From NCBI GenBank assembly GCA_964016885.1, contig OZ024761.1:930001-994000 (forward strand): a stretch of 64,000 nt of DNA, in the 5' to 3' direction. Below are positions 13,790 through 32,811 of this stretch, piece after piece (the stretch's first letter is position 1; each line of letters begins with the position of its first letter). The position numbers and the translations under genes were made by a program. This stretch comes from Eledone cirrhosa (taxonomy: Eukaryota). The notes below the pieces were generated by a model that saw only the letters and a program-made list of their open reading frames with translations, searched no databases and was not told the DNA's origin.

Positions 13790-14712
13790 GAGGGTGTGTG
13801 TGTGGAGTTGGAGGCTGTGTGTAGAGAGAGACTGTGTGTGTGTGGAGTTGGAGGCTATGTGTGTGTGTAGTTGGAGGCTGTGTGTAGAGAGAGACTGTGT
13901 GTGTGTGGAGTTGGAGGCTATGTGTGTGTGTAGTTGGAGGCTGTGTGTAGAGAGAGACTGCGTGTGTTTGGAGACAGAGGGTGTGTGTGTGGAGTTGGAG
14001 GCTGTGTGTAGAGAGAGACTGTGTGTGTGTGGAGTTGGAGGCTATGTGTGTGTGTAGTTGGAGGCTGTGTGTAGAGAGAGACTGCGTGTGTGTGGAGTTG
14101 GAGGTTGTGTGTGCGGAGTTGGAGGCTGTGTGTAGAGAGAGACTGTGTGTGTGTGGAGTTGGAGGCTATGTGTGTGTGTAGTTGGAGGCTGTGTGTGTGT
14201 GTAGAAAAAGACTGTGTGTGTGTGTGGAGTTAGACGCTGTGTAAGTGTGTGTGTGGAGATAGAGGCTGTGTGTGTATGTGTGGCGTTAGACACTGTGTGG
14301 AGTTGGAGGCTGTGTATTGATATGTGTGTGTGTGGAGTTGGAGGCTGTGTGTGTGTGTATATGTATGTGTGAGGAGTTGGAGGCTGTGTATTGATATGTG
14401 TGTGTGTGTGGTGTTAGATGCTGTGTGTGCATATGCTGTGTGTGTATATGTGTGTGTGTATATGTATGTGTGAGTGGAGTTGGAGGCTGTGTATTGATAT
14501 GTGTGTGTGTGGTGTTATATGCTGTGTGTGTGTGTGTGTATGTATGTGTGAGTGGTGGAGTTGAAGGCTGTGTATTGATGTGTGTGTGTGTGGTGTTAGA
14601 TGCTGTGTGTGTGTGTATATATATGTATGTGTGAGTGGAGTTGCAGGCTGTGTATTAATGTGTGTGTGTTTGTGGAATTAGATGTGTGTGGTGTTGGAGG
14701 CTGTGTGTGTCT
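13790..14712. repeat. GGAGTTGGAGGCT(GT)n-based minisatellite (~62-bp higher-order unit decaying rightwards)
   Basis: Repeating GTTGGAGGCTGTGTGTAGAGAGAGACTG blocks. Confidence 0.9.
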
Positions 14713-14985
14713 AGGAAGTTTAAGGACACAGGACCAAATACTTTACAGTTTGCAGTTCTCTTTAGAGTGTCTGAGGTCTAAGTTGAACATCCATCCAACC
14801 ACGGTGAACTTTCTTTGCCTTTCATCATTGGGGCTTCGATAAAATAAAGTAACAAACCAGGTCAGGGGTTGAGTGGGGATTAGTAGAATTGTTAGAGCAT
14901 CCAACAAAATGTGTTGCAGTATTACTATTCTGGCCCTTTGTGTTTTGGGTTCAAATCAAACCCTACTGTGACCTACTTAGATGGC

Positions 14986-15130
14986 AGACATAATCTGTCA
15001 CCCAGTTTAACACCACCACCTGGTCCATGGGTGATAGACTTAATTTGTCACCCAGTTTCACACCACCATCTGGTCCATGGGTGGTAGACATAATCTGTCA
15101 CCCTATCTAACACCACCACCTTGACCATGG
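14986..15130. repeat. ~50-bp tandem repeat x3
   Basis: AGACATAATCTGTCACCC...ACACCACCA...CCATGG three times. Confidence 0.85.
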
Positions 15131-16301
15131 AGGACTTTAGGGGAGCCCATTCTGTTGCAGTATTTGTACTACCACTTCTACAGCAAGGCAGCAAATTGAC
15201 AGAGTGGTTAGATCATCATCCTTATCATCATCATCATTTAACATCTGTTTTTCCTGCTAGCAAGAGTTGGATGGGTCATCACAGACCAAGATGGTACTAA
15301 ATTAGAGCTACTGACCTCTTAGATGGACTGGGGGCTACAGCATTCTTGCTTACATATATTCCCATATTCTACAGAAGGAACGGGGTGCATTTTATTGTGG
15401 CATCAGCACGAGGAAGGTTGCTCTGTCTTTAAAACAACTGAATAGTTCTCTCTACACTTTGTTTGGCAAGTTTAACATCCAGGAGCTCGGCTGGTCTCGC
15501 TTAGGGATTCAGCCAGATCAGTTAGAAACAGCTGCTTCTGACAGGACCTACTGGAAGGAGTGTTTGAGGACTACCCCCACAACCCTCTCAGGAATAAGTG
15601 GACGAAGAAGTTTTCTACATTTAAGCTTAAGTTATGCTCTAAACACCAGCTTAACCCTTTTGTTACCAATTTTCCAATATAATACGCTGTATTTGAATTA
15701 ATTACTGTATCTATTTAAATCATTAAGATGGTATTTCTAATATAAGAAAAGGTTCTTTATGTTGGGAGATTTTAATTTTATATCAGAGCCATTTAAAATG
15801 GATGGCTTCATTTCATTACAGCAGGAGAGGTTTGGAGTAGGTGGTATTAAAAGGGTTAATAAGGGTTTCTGATTTAGGCACAAGGCCAACAATTAGGGGA
15901 GACGGGAAAGTCGATTACATCAACCTAAGTGTGTTACTGGTACTTTACCAACCTTGTAAGGATGAAAAGCAAAGCTAACTTCAGCAGGATTTGAACTCAG
16001 AACATAAAGGGCCATAACTATATGCTACAAAGCATGTTTATAATATTCTTTAATAATCTTGGTTTATTACTAAACCCCTCGAAAATTATTCAAAAATCAT
16101 AAATAGTGTCTTTCATTAGAGACATTTTAATGATGGAATTGATAATTATGACTTCCTCCAACATAATTTGCAGGGCCATAAAATTGGCCATGTTGGCACA
16201 TTTGATTAAATCCACCACAGTATTTGACTGTTATATATTTTATAGACTAACAGTAACACCACCACCTAAGCCAATGTTAGATATAAGTATTATTATTATT
16301 T

Positions 16302-16343
<42 letters not shown>

Positions 16344-16344
16344 A

Positions 16345-16404
<60 letters not shown>

Positions 16405-18769
16405 CAAAGTGACATTTGGTTTAATTATCTAAGTTAATTTATGGTCTGTAGTTAGCAAATAGTTGTGGTCATACTGAGTTTATTAACAAAAAATAAGAAA
16501 AAAGAAAAAAATCCTACCATAATCATATCAGGTTTTATTAACACGATAAACCGCAGTTATTATGAATATACTGGGTTTATTAACATGAGGTGCTATGCAA
16601 CACGACTGAACCAAAAACCATACAGCTGTGAAGCCAACTCCTTAACCACACATCCATGGCTGGGAGAAGACAGCCAGGCAGATAAACTGATAGATATCAA
16701 TACTAGGATTTTTTTCAACATGCTGACATATGTGTATATGTGTGTATGTGCGTATGGTATGGACCCGTAACTCCCGAGGAATCGTAAGGGGCGCCACATT
16801 GACATACAGCGTTTCTAGGGCATTTTTAATAGCCGACAGAGCCCATCTCCTCCCCAAGTCTGGCCACAGTAGATTTCTTCCAGAGAAAGATAGAGAGTGA
16901 GAGTGAGAGAAAATGAGAAAGAGATATAGAGGAAGAATCAACCCCAGTACTTGACTGGTACTTTTTTTATCAACCATGAATGGATGAAAGGCAAAGTTGA
17001 CCTCAGCGAGATTTGAACTCAAGAGACCAGAAAGCTAAAATGAATAATACTACAAAGCATTTTATCCAACATTCTAATGACTCTGCCAAATCGCCGCCTA
17101 TGTATGTGTATATGCATACATTTATATGTGTGAGTATATAAATATAAATGCCATCCATTGGTTTGTTATAGTTTTTTTTAGCATCCCCTTCCTTCCCTTT
17201 ACACACGAACAGACGGAAGTCACTTCAATTTATATATAGAAGTTGAACCTCACATGGGAAAAATGGACCGATCATGATGATGATATTGATCATCATCATC
17301 GTTTAATGTCCATTTTGCCATGCTTGCATAGAGGTTAGATGGGTTATCACATTATGAAATAAGCCAGGTCAGGTGACTCCATCTTACTCATACAGATCTG
17401 TATTTTGGCTTGGCTTCTACAGCTGGATGCCCTTCCTAACGCCAACCACATTACAGTGTGGACTGGGTGCTTTTTATCACGGTACCAAAATGACCAACTT
17501 ACAGAGCGGAATAGGGAAAGAGAGAAGAGATCCCAAAACAAGGGCAGATAAGCTGAATGGTCTAAAGGAGACAATTTGAAAAAAAACATGAACAAACGCT
17601 AAATTAGCTAATATATATGAGGGGGCTAGAAAAAAGCCAATAAATTAAGATGATTTTTGGGGGAAACACACAAATCAATATTAAGGAAGTCAGTTCATTA
17701 AAATGTACTTAGAAACATGAGAACATCATGTGAAGAACTCTGTATGAGTGTTAAGTGATTTGTTAATATTGTGGAGATTATTCAATATCCACCATTGAAT
17801 AATCTGCAGGCTTTGAGCCCATTTATATATGGTCAAGTTGTTTCTAGTATCTTCCATTTGGCCACTGAAGGACAACAACATAGCCTTCTCCATCAAATGT
17901 ATGTACTTGGTATGGTGCCGTTGTAGTAACTGGCCTTATATACACACACACACACATAGATTGTTTGATAAAATAGATATATTAATAAGATAGAGGTCAG
18001 ACCATGAGCCCGGCCGGTGTCAGCTTCTTCCTTAAAGAGATTACAAGCTGAAACCAGGCCAAGCTCACCGTAGAACCACCACCTCATTCTTATTTGTATG
18101 TGTGTGTGTGTGTGTATGTATATATATATATGTAGTTTTTTATTACAAATTTGTAATATTTCAATAATAGTGTGGTGTGTGGTGTGTGGTGTGTGGTGTG
18201 TGGGTGTGGGTGTGTGTGTGTGTGCTGCAAGACCTAATCAACTTTACGATGTCAGTGATATTGAACTTGAATGTGGGGGTGGACGCAATAACATTGTGTT
18301 GTCTTTGTAGATTAGAGCAGCTAATAAAGAAAATATTAATTATAATAATAATCCTGTCTAGCTTTAGAACAAAGAAGAGATGGAGAGGAATGAATATGGG
18401 GGAGGGGGAGAGCATGAGAGATAGTCAAAGGGAGGATGTTGAGTATTACTCTCAAGTACTTAACAGTTACTTTATTTTATCCATTTGAGGATACCCAGCC
18501 AGGATTTAACCCATTAGCATTTAAACCTGCCATATCCGGCCAGAATTCTCTCACCTCTTTCTGTTTAAACTGGCCATAACCGGCTACTGATAATGATGTT
18601 ACGCTATTGTTCTCAAAATATATAATATCAATATCTCGTAGATTCGATATTATGTGAGATAATTATGTAAAATAGAGTGTTTACCATGAAAATACAATGG
18701 TAAATATAGAGTATTGTAAATACTAAAGGGTAAAACATAAAACTCATCATCATACCGTATACTCAGACA

Positions 18770-19340
18770 TACTGACTCGGTTATGAAGTACCAGAAAGAG
18801 TTCTAGCACCACTGATTAGAAAAAAAATTAGCTTAGATGAGATGTAGTTCGGGTTTGGGCTAGGAAGGAGTACCACGGATGCTCTCTTCCTAGTAAAGCA
18901 ACTGCAAAAGAAGTTTTAATCTAAAAGCAAACCACTATAAGTAGCATCTGTTGACATATTCTGTATTTTGGCAGTTACTAAAGAAACTGCGTGTAGATGA
19001 ATGGCTTGTGAGAGTGGTGCATACAAACTATTGGTTAGCAAGCATGTTAATGAGGAGTTTAGAATGCCGGAAGGTGTCTATCAGGGCCCAGTTCTCAGCC
19101 CTTGTCCAGGCTATAACTGAGGAATGTAAGACTAGCTATCCATAGGAACTCCAGAATGTTGATGACCTACATCTTATGGCTGACTCTATTGAAGACTTGA
19201 AGAAGATATTCAGAGGTTTCAAAGTAAACCCAGCAGACAGAAGTTTTAGTTAGCATGAGAAATAACATCGCTCTACTGCCATCTAGCTAGAAAGTGGCCA
19301 TGCTTGAAATGCAGAAAAGGAGGAGGTAGAAAGTCCATAC
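18770..19340 (+). mobile_element. Decayed RTE reverse-transcriptase fragment
   Basis: Remnants FGFGLGRSTTDALFLVKQLQ, GVYQG, ELQNVDDL with stops and frameshifts; an inverted RTE 3' end follows at ~19342-19470. Confidence 0.7.
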
Positions 19341-19849
19341 AATCATCATCATCGTCTTTCATGTCCTCTTTTCCATGCTTGCATGGGTTGGCTGGGTCCT
19401 TCTCAGCACAGCATTTCTCCATTTGTCATGTTCCTTCGACATCTCTTTCAGTCTTTGTGATTTGAGGGGCAAACAATATAAACTATGGGTGCACAAAATG
19501 TTTAGTGGGATCCCAGGTAGGCTGATAGAGAAGAAGGATTTCATATGTAGCAGATACAAAGGAGTAATTAGCAGTAAGAGCACTCATGAAATTAATTCTT
19601 TCGATTTCCCAGAAGACTTACTAGCAACAGTTAATATTTACTCTTATCCAGATGAGTTAATCTGCAGTGGGGGTGAGGTGGGTTTTCTTTAGAACCGATT
19701 TTGGCTTGGTTTCTGACTGGATGCCCTTCCTTACACCAATTACGTTTATCGTGTGCACTGGATGCTTTTTGTCATGACACCTATATGACCACTTTACAGC
19801 ATATTTATCATTAACATTAATATAAAAAATTATATTTTTTTAAAGAAGT

Positions 19850-20095
19850 GTCTCAAATTTCATATAGCTTAAGGCCTCAGCAGATTAAAATCTGACCATG
19901 ACTGGGGTTGATATCAACTTTCCTCTCAACCCTAATAGCTGGTCTTATGCTTAACACCCATGGACATGCTTACAAAATCAGAAACAGCAGCTCCCTTGAT
20001 TTCGGAAACATTTTTGCATGCTCAGAGTTGCTGAAGCATGGAACAAACTACCTGCATCAGTTGTTAGCTGTCGGTACACTGCATCCTTCAAAACT
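19850..20095 (+). mobile_element. Decayed CR1-like ORF2 3' fragment
   Basis: NTHGHAYKI and (frameshifted) RVAEAWNKLP motifs. Confidence 0.6.
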
Positions 20096-20822
20096 TCTGG
20101 AGCAATATGATATAAAATTTCTTGTTCAAGAACACAATGTGCCACTGGTAATCAAATTCACGACCTTATAATCGTGAGCTGAACACCCCCAACCACTAAA
20201 CTATGTGTTTTACATACATCAAGTACACTGATTTTCTTTTTTCTTTATTCTTTCTCCCTGTTGCTTGTTTAGCCCTAGGCCAGCACTGCAGACCTGTCAA
20301 CTCTCCCCGTCTGATGGGGAGATCTCCCACCCACTTTGGGGTGGGTGAGATGTTTCAATATATCTTTCCTCCCTGCCCTTTAAAAGGACAGTTATGGGGT
20401 GATATGAGAGATATTGACTTTTATTTCTAGCAGGTCGCGAGACCAGGTATATATATTCTCTTGTTTGCTCATATATCTAATATAGCGTCTAGCTATAGTT
20501 GTTGTTTAGCCACAGGTTAGACGTGATAGAGGTAAATATGTGATAAAGAAATTCAAGCCATGACTAAGACTTTTTTATTCAGAAGGTGGGGCGAGGCATG
20601 CAATATAAGTGAGATATAGGTTGCTATTTCGAATAGGACCGAGCGTTTACGTAGTGGCTACACTCGTTGGTTCCTACACATCTCTAATAAATCACTCAGG
20701 TGTGTAATTCCATAATTTCGTATTTATATGTATATATATGTGTGTGTGTGTATATATACATACACACATTTCAGTGTACTGATTCATCCGTTTACTTTTC
20801 GCACACATATGTATATGTGCGT

Positions 20823-20877
<55 letters not shown>

Positions 20878-20887
20878 TCACACATAC

Positions 20888-20916
20888 ACAAATGTAAAAT
20901 CATTAGTGGACGCCAT
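20888..20916 (-). CDS. Putative short first coding exon of an unidentified gene (MASTNDFTF-V)
   Basis: AAAATGGCG start (YY1/Kozak-like) followed 29 nt later by a GTATGT donor (20887-20882). It lies at the switch from CpG-retaining DNA (right) to CpG-depleted DNA (left). No homology recognised. Confidence 0.35.
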
Positions 20917-21703
20917 TTTGGGAGTAGTTGAACGACAACGAGTGAACGAAGTTGGGGGGGGGGGGGGGGGGAATTGACATACGAGTGGTCACAAAATAAG
21001 GAATCAGTTTCGATACTATTCACTACTACATAATGATCCCTCAATTCTGGTCCTATCATAAGCATATTGACTATAGAAAAGGGGGAGATAATGCAAATTT
21101 TATGTGCAATATACCTTTATATACATATATTGATATCGATAGAGTTGACAGAAAAAAAAATTTATATCAGCGATGACTAATAGATAAACAGGAAAAAAAA
21201 TTATTGAACATTAAAAAGAAATCGCAGAATTTATTCGGAAATTGTAGCTTAAAAGCAGTTATGTATTTATGAATTCGTTTGGATGTGTGTATTTACGAAT
21301 TCGTCTGTATATGTGTTTATTTAACCGAATGCGTGAGTATTTATATGCATTTTTGCATTCGACTTTGTGTTTGAGTATGTGTATGCCTTGACTAAGTATG
21401 TGTATGTCTCAGTAACTGTGTGTGCGTGGGTGTGTTTTAAAAGGGCGTGTGACAAAAATACGCGACCTCGTCTAACACTCACACTCAGTGGGTTAAGAAA
21501 CGGTATATTCTTCTGGTGAAGGTTCTGTTGGTACAAACTGTACCGTGTACCGTGATACTAAAAGTTGACGTTCAAGAATCACAGAGTATGGAAGGATATA
21601 CTTCCATTATGAACATATATAAAACATGAAAAAAAACTCCGCTTCTTCGAAATTCATGATTTGTCGTACCATATGTATGGTGTGATGGGTGTGTGTATGC
21701 ATG

Positions 21704-21798
<95 letters not shown>

Positions 21799-22034
21799 AT
21801 GTGTGTACATAAATGTATATATATATATATATATAGATGTGTGTGTGTGTGTGTGTGTATGTGTGTACATAAATGTATATATATATATATATATAGATAT
21901 GTGTGTGTGTGTGTGCATAAATGTATATATATATATGTGTGTGTGTGTGTATATATATATGTGTGTGTGTGTGTGTATATATATATATGTGTGTGTGTGT
22001 ACATATATATGTGTGTGCGTGTGTATATAACCAT

Positions 22035-22076
<42 letters not shown>

Positions 22077-23232
22077 ATTAAATAAATATTGACATAACCA
22101 GGAAAGAATAACTTAACGGTTCAAGTATTTATATATATAGGAAATTGTTCAAGACCCCGACGGCAGAGCTCTTGAACAATTTCCTATTACCCACTCTACT
22201 ACCCTAAGCATTGAGTACTCTGGTGCGTTATGGTCCACCTGGTTCCTTACCACACTTCGTTATATACATATATATATAATTTAATATAGAATGGCTTCTA
22301 CAGGACTAGAACTGTTTCATTCGAAAGAAATCATCGGTACCTTATTTACTGTGGTTACCCACGATTGAACCGAGGACTCTCTCTCTGTCTCTATATATAT
22401 ATATATGTATTATACATACACACACACAAGCTAACCATTATCCATACTAACCAGAAAACAGCAAAAACTGTTTAATGTATAGGAATATCCATGACTGTAC
22501 AAAATAAAACCCGTCTATTTACAATCTCGATTATATCTCTGATATCCTTCTAAACTTACGATTTATTATGAACGTCAATTTTCAAGACCTATGTTTGCCA
22601 ATTGTGCTGTTTTATTTATCAGACTGTGTCGGGGAAGAAACATTTAATATATTTAAAATACCATACCATTATTGGTATCTTAAAATCGTGCCTGTGTCTG
22701 TGCATGTATGTATGTGTTGTAAAAACGATCTGCTTCAGTAATTGTCATAAACTACTAAACTTACACATATATACATACACCTATACACACTACTCACGCA
22801 CACAATAGATTATATATATTAGGCATATATCTTTTATTCATATAGACCAGATGCTCACACAAACTACTATAACATGTGTGTGTTGTATTAAATGCGTGTC
22901 TAAAGGAAAATATGTAGACACATATGTCGATGTATGATGTATGTATAATTCTCACTATATACAAGTATAGTGTATTTTGTCTTGAACAATTTTTTTTTAT
23001 GTTTAATAAACGAAAAGAAAAATGAAAAAATAAGAAACTTTCATAAACCTAATATGGATATTTTTTTAAAATATTTTAAAAATATAAATAGCGGAAAAGC
23101 TTTTAAATTCTAAAAAAAAAAAAAGTTTCGTAGTCAGAACGGAAATAGGAAAGGAAAAGCTTTTTACATAGAATTTAGATGTGGAAAATGTCTGAGAAGC
23201 TGAATATGAGTGTGATGTTGTATGTATGATAT

Positions 23233-28130
<4,898 letters not shown>

Positions 28131-28299
28131 TTTTGGTTTTTTTTAGGTGTGGTTTTTTTTGTTTTTCTGTTTTTTTGGGTTTTTTTGGGGTTTTTTTGTT
28201 TTTTTGTGAATGTGTCTGTTGATTTGGCATATTGTTGATTAGTTTAGGAGAAGTTCGAAGATAATAGTAAGATATGCACTCAGTATTTTGAATCTGTCT

Positions 28300-28792
28300 G
28301 CAGAATTCCCTAGACCTTTGTCACTTAGCAGAACTTAATGACTTTAGCTTTTAAAGAATCCCCCTTTTCTTTAATTCTATCGAGCATGAATGACCCCCTA
28401 CTGATTTTATAGACATCTGCTAGCTTAAGAGAAACTTATTGACAAGGAATGGTATGCCATCCGGAACTTGTTTATAGATTTCTGTCTGCCTTTGTTACTC
28501 TAAAAACATAAATAAATATAAATTAACTATAGCTATGTAGAATTAGCCTTTAATGAATTCCCTTCTCTATCAACCAATGACCTGCACCCATCCCACTCCC
28601 CACCCTCTCCTACCACTTGTAGAGACCTATAAATACCATATTTATTTTTTGATACCCAGATTCCTGATGATTTCTAATGAATGAAACAGTTCTAGTCCTG
28701 TAGAATCTCATCTATATTAAAACTATTATACTCTGCTATGTATTGAGTACCTTACTTACTGTGGTTACCTCCGATTCAACCCGGAATAACGT
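28300..28792 (+). mobile_element. Non-coding family A PLE-like pseudo-LTR cassette with HHR and 3' tail
   Basis: Homologous to 25231-25623 (-) and 35853-36350 (-); ends in (TA)n. Tail fragments also at ~4585-4683, 22288-22378, 29756-29832, 36617-36692. Confidence 0.7.
28658..28708 (+). ncRNA. Type I hammerhead ribozyme, family A
   Basis: agattc CTGATGA t ttc taat gaa t GAA acag ttctagtc ctgt A gaatct: helix I agattc/gaatct, helix III acag/ctgt, GUA site. Confidence 0.8.
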
Positions 28793-28820
28793 ATATACAT
28801 ATATATATATATATATATAC

Positions 28821-28907
<87 letters not shown>

Positions 28908-29156
28908 CATATACACATATATACACATATACATATATATATACATATACATATACATATATACATATACATATATACATATATATAAATATACATATAT
29001 ATATACATATATACATATATATAAATATACATATATATATACATATATATATACATATATATATACATATATATATACATATATATATACATATATATAT
29101 ACATATACATATATACACATATATACATATACATATATATATACATATATATATAC

Positions 29157-29238
<82 letters not shown>

Positions 29239-29260
29239 ATACATATACATATATATATAC

Positions 29261-29312
<52 letters not shown>

Positions 29313-29388
29313 ATACATATATACATATACATATATATATACATATACATATATATATACATATACATATATATATACATATATATAC

Positions 29389-29444
<56 letters not shown>

Positions 29445-29831
29445 ATTTATGTGTGTGCTTATATATATAGTGTGTGTGTACGTATATATAAAGGGGGTTA
29501 GGTGTATAAATCACTTGCATGTATGTGTGTTGAAGGAGGTGCTTTATGTAAAAACAAATAGAAAAAGTCCAATATTAACTGAATTAGCACTCAATACATG
29601 TGAGCAGGCTATATAGGTTTATTTTTCGAAAAATTATATATATATTTATATATAATTATATATATATATTATAGTTAAGATTTCGAAATATATACACCTG
29701 TACCTGAGCATCCTCATATTGGTACCCCCCCCCCCCATATATATATATATATATAAATGGCTTCTACAGGACTAGAACTGTTTCATTCGGGAAAAATTGA
29801 GTGCCTTACCCCCGATTGAACCCGCGATAAA

Positions 29832-29866
<35 letters not shown>

Positions 29867-30245
29867 GATATGTTTCTTTTATTTGCCACCAGGGCATCAA
29901 AAGTGGGACAAGTACAAAGGGGGGAGTTTACAAAACAATAAGGAGGAGGCAATAACAAAATATAAAAATAAAATAAAATATAACAGAATAAAATTTATAA
30001 CAAAATCCTCAATAGAGAGGAGGCGCCTTGGGGGTGGGGTCGCACACACCCCCGAAAAAAAGTGTGCAACCCTTTTCCTCAGGAGCACAGAGAAGGGGTG
30101 CTCCCTTGGTCTTTCATCTTCCTCACCTATAGTCTGATGTAGAATGAAGGCCCATTCACACGGGCCACTCTCGCCACTTTCACCCACCTTTCATAAAAAC
30201 GGCTGGGGTGCAGCACCTCTCTCTCCATCCTGATCCTTCTTCCGA
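29867..30245 (-). mobile_element. L1/Tx1-like LINE 3' end
   Basis: Encodes RRIRMEREVLHPSRFYERWVKVARVARVNGPSFYIRL*, then a 3' UTR with AATAAA; (TA)n on both sides. A related 3' end lies at ~56660-56735. Confidence 0.55.
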
Positions 30246-30684
30246 AATATATATATATATAATAGATAGACGGGGAAATATATATAGAAAGGTAGAGAGA
30301 AGAGAGAGATGAAATGGTGGTGCTGCGGAAGTAAAGAATGAGTTATTAAGCAAAAGAAAAAGAAAGCTGCAGAGATGTAACAATAAGTAGTCCATTAGTC
30401 AGTGGATGGTGTTTGTCTTCAGTGAATAATAATAATAAATATAATAATAATAATTTTAAAAAAACGTGAATCACACCAGCCATGAGCTACTTGAAGAAAA
30501 CAACACCAGTAACTACTACACCGAAAGTAGAAAGTCGGGCAGCCTTTACGACGTGGTAGCTCTACGTTGCTAGAAATATCAGCCAAATCTTTCTCAAATC
30601 ATTCATACAAACGTCTTCAACAAGCATAACTACAGTTTAGTACCCCTCCCTCTCTCTGACTGTGACTTGTAACTTTCTTAATAA

Positions 30685-30758
<74 letters not shown>

Positions 30759-30763
<5 letters not shown>

Positions 30764-31103
30764 AAACGGAACAGAAAATGCTGACAAATTGTTCACAGTG
30801 AAAAATAGTTTAATTAGGAATAAGTGAGAATTAGTAATAGTATTGGTTAGTATTAAGTTTTGGTTTTAAGTTTTACCGGTTGCGCATTTCTAATGCCTTT
30901 TCGTGATGTTTGCTCTGATCAGAGCAAACATCACGGACGCTCTATCTCAAAATTATTTTTGAAAGGCATTAGAAATGCGCAACCGGTAAAACTTAAAACC
31001 AAAATTTAATACTAACCAATACTATTACTAATTCTCACTTATTCCTAATTAAACTATTTTTCACTGTGAACAATTTGTCAGCATTTTCTATTCCGTTTTC
31101 CAA
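30759..31103. repeat. Long inverted repeat (142-bp arms) enclosing a 34-bp perfect palindrome
   Basis: 30759-30900 pairs with 30962-31103 (~2 mismatches). Inner palindrome CGTGATGTTTGCTCTGATCAGAGCAAACATCACG at 30902-30935. Confidence 0.9.
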
Positions 31104-31143
31104 TATATAATAACTTGTGTTACACCTCTATTCTTTTAAGTGT

Positions 31144-31189
<46 letters not shown>

Positions 31190-31510
31190 ATATATATATC
31201 ATACATACATACATACATTTATATGTGTGTGTATGTATATACTTCCACTTTCATTTATTGAACACCAAGCTATCGGTTCGTAGCAGACGAATCGTGATCT
31301 GGGAAATGTGTACATCATGCCTTCCAATTTGATATCGAATAAGGTTAATTAAGATAATACTATAAATTTTATCTAGGGACTAAACGCCATTTCTAGGTGG
31401 CGGTTCGGCACTATCTTCAGTTCAAATCCCACCAAGGTCAACTTTGCTTTTCATCCTTTTGAGGTCGATAAAATTATGTACCAGTCCAGTCCCTCTCATA
31501 TATATATATA

Positions 31511-31683
31511 TAATGGTAGAACACTGGAAGGTAATATCCGTAGTGGTAGAGCACTCAGTCCATGGGACGAGTTAGGTAGAAGTGGTTACACGACAGTTAG
31601 TTCACCATGCCGAGAACAATTGTTTCAGCTTAGCGGATGCTCAGCTCACGAGCTGAGGATCCGCTAAGGTGAAACCACTTCTA
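31511..31683. mobile_element. PLE-type terminal cassette with head-to-head HHR pair (family E)
   Basis: Plus arm: cgag CTGAGGA t cc gctaa gg t GAAAC (truncated). Minus arm: tgag CTGAGCA ... GAA ACAATTGT T ctcg. Flanked by (TA)n. Confidence 0.6.
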
Positions 31684-31739
31684 TATATATATAAGTATGT
31701 ATACGTACATACATACATGTATACAGACGTACAGTAGTA

Positions 31740-31772
<33 letters not shown>

Positions 31773-31894
31773 GTACGAATGGATTCACCGAACATTTATT
31801 ATAATGCTCGGTGTGTTTGTAAACAAACATCCCTAATTAAGCCGTACAGCGTCTAGCAACCATCGTTGCTCATTTGTTCAACACTGACAAAGGA

Positions 31895-31935
31895 ACGCTG
31901 TACTAGTTTCAAGCTATAGTTATCGTCAGCAACGT
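31895..31935 (-). ncRNA. Minimal type I hammerhead ribozyme (retrozyme unit 1)
   Basis: acgttg CTGACGA taactatagctt GAAAC ta GTA cagcgt: helix I 6 bp, palindromic helix III ACTAGT, GUA site; helix II weakened. Confidence 0.8.
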
Positions 31936-32320
31936 ATACCTTCCTGCCAGATGATTGAACGTCTGAGAGTATATACTTTTCTTATGCATATTAACGGCTG
32001 AGTAGCCCAATTTGCATATCGAGTGGGTTAATCGGCCGGGTGCACCGAAAACGATAAAAGGAAAAAATAAAACGAAATTTCATTTCCCACTCTTAGTACG
32101 GCTGTTACTTAAATATAAGTATGTATACGTATATACATATATGTATACAGACGTACAGTAGTATGTATATATATACATACATGCACACATATATATATAT
32201 GTACGTATGGATTCACCGAACATTTATTATAATGCTCGGTGTGTTTCTAAACAAACATCCCGTATTAAGCCGTAGTGTCTAGCAACCATCGTTGCTCGTT
32301 TGTTCAACACTGACAAAGGA

Positions 32321-32363
32321 ACGCAGTACTAGTTTCAAGCTTATTAGTTATCGTCAGCAACGT
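32321..32363 (-). ncRNA. Minimal type I hammerhead ribozyme (retrozyme unit 2)
   Basis: acgttg CTGACGA taactaataagctt GAAAC ta GTA ctgcgt; one helix I mismatch. Confidence 0.75.
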
Positions 32364-32505
32364 ATACCTTCCTGCCAGATGATTGAACGTCTGAAAGTAT
32401 ATACTTTCCTTATGCATATTAACGGCTGAGCAGCCTAATTTGCATATCGGGTGGGTTAATCGGCCGGGTGCCGTTAATATATATATATATATATATAGTT
32501 ATATA

Positions 32506-32543
<38 letters not shown>

Positions 32544-32547
32544 TATA

Positions 32548-32583
<36 letters not shown>

Positions 32584-32587
32584 TATA

Positions 32588-32627
<40 letters not shown>

Positions 32628-32631
32628 TATA

Positions 32632-32669
<38 letters not shown>

Positions 32670-32673
32670 TATA

Positions 32674-32721
<48 letters not shown>

Positions 32722-32727
<6 letters not shown>

Positions 32728-32780
32728 AGTATGCATGTATACGCACATACATATATGTATACAGACGTACAGTAGCATGC

Positions 32781-32811
<31 letters not shown>

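Larger units (their letters stand above)
31693..32480 (-). mobile_element. Retrozyme-like tandem repeat (~426-bp unit, ~1.85 copies), one HHR per unit
   Basis: Two direct copies starting AAGTATGTATACGTA at ~31693 and ~32117, each with an HHR and ATTTGCAT. A short inversion (CCGTTAATAT) lies at the right end; flanked by (TA)n. Confidence 0.8.

Noticed and set aside
30416-30425. Isolated CTGANGA hits (also ~1164, 4356, 47685)
   Set aside because: No correctly spaced GAAA or closing helices; not HHRs.
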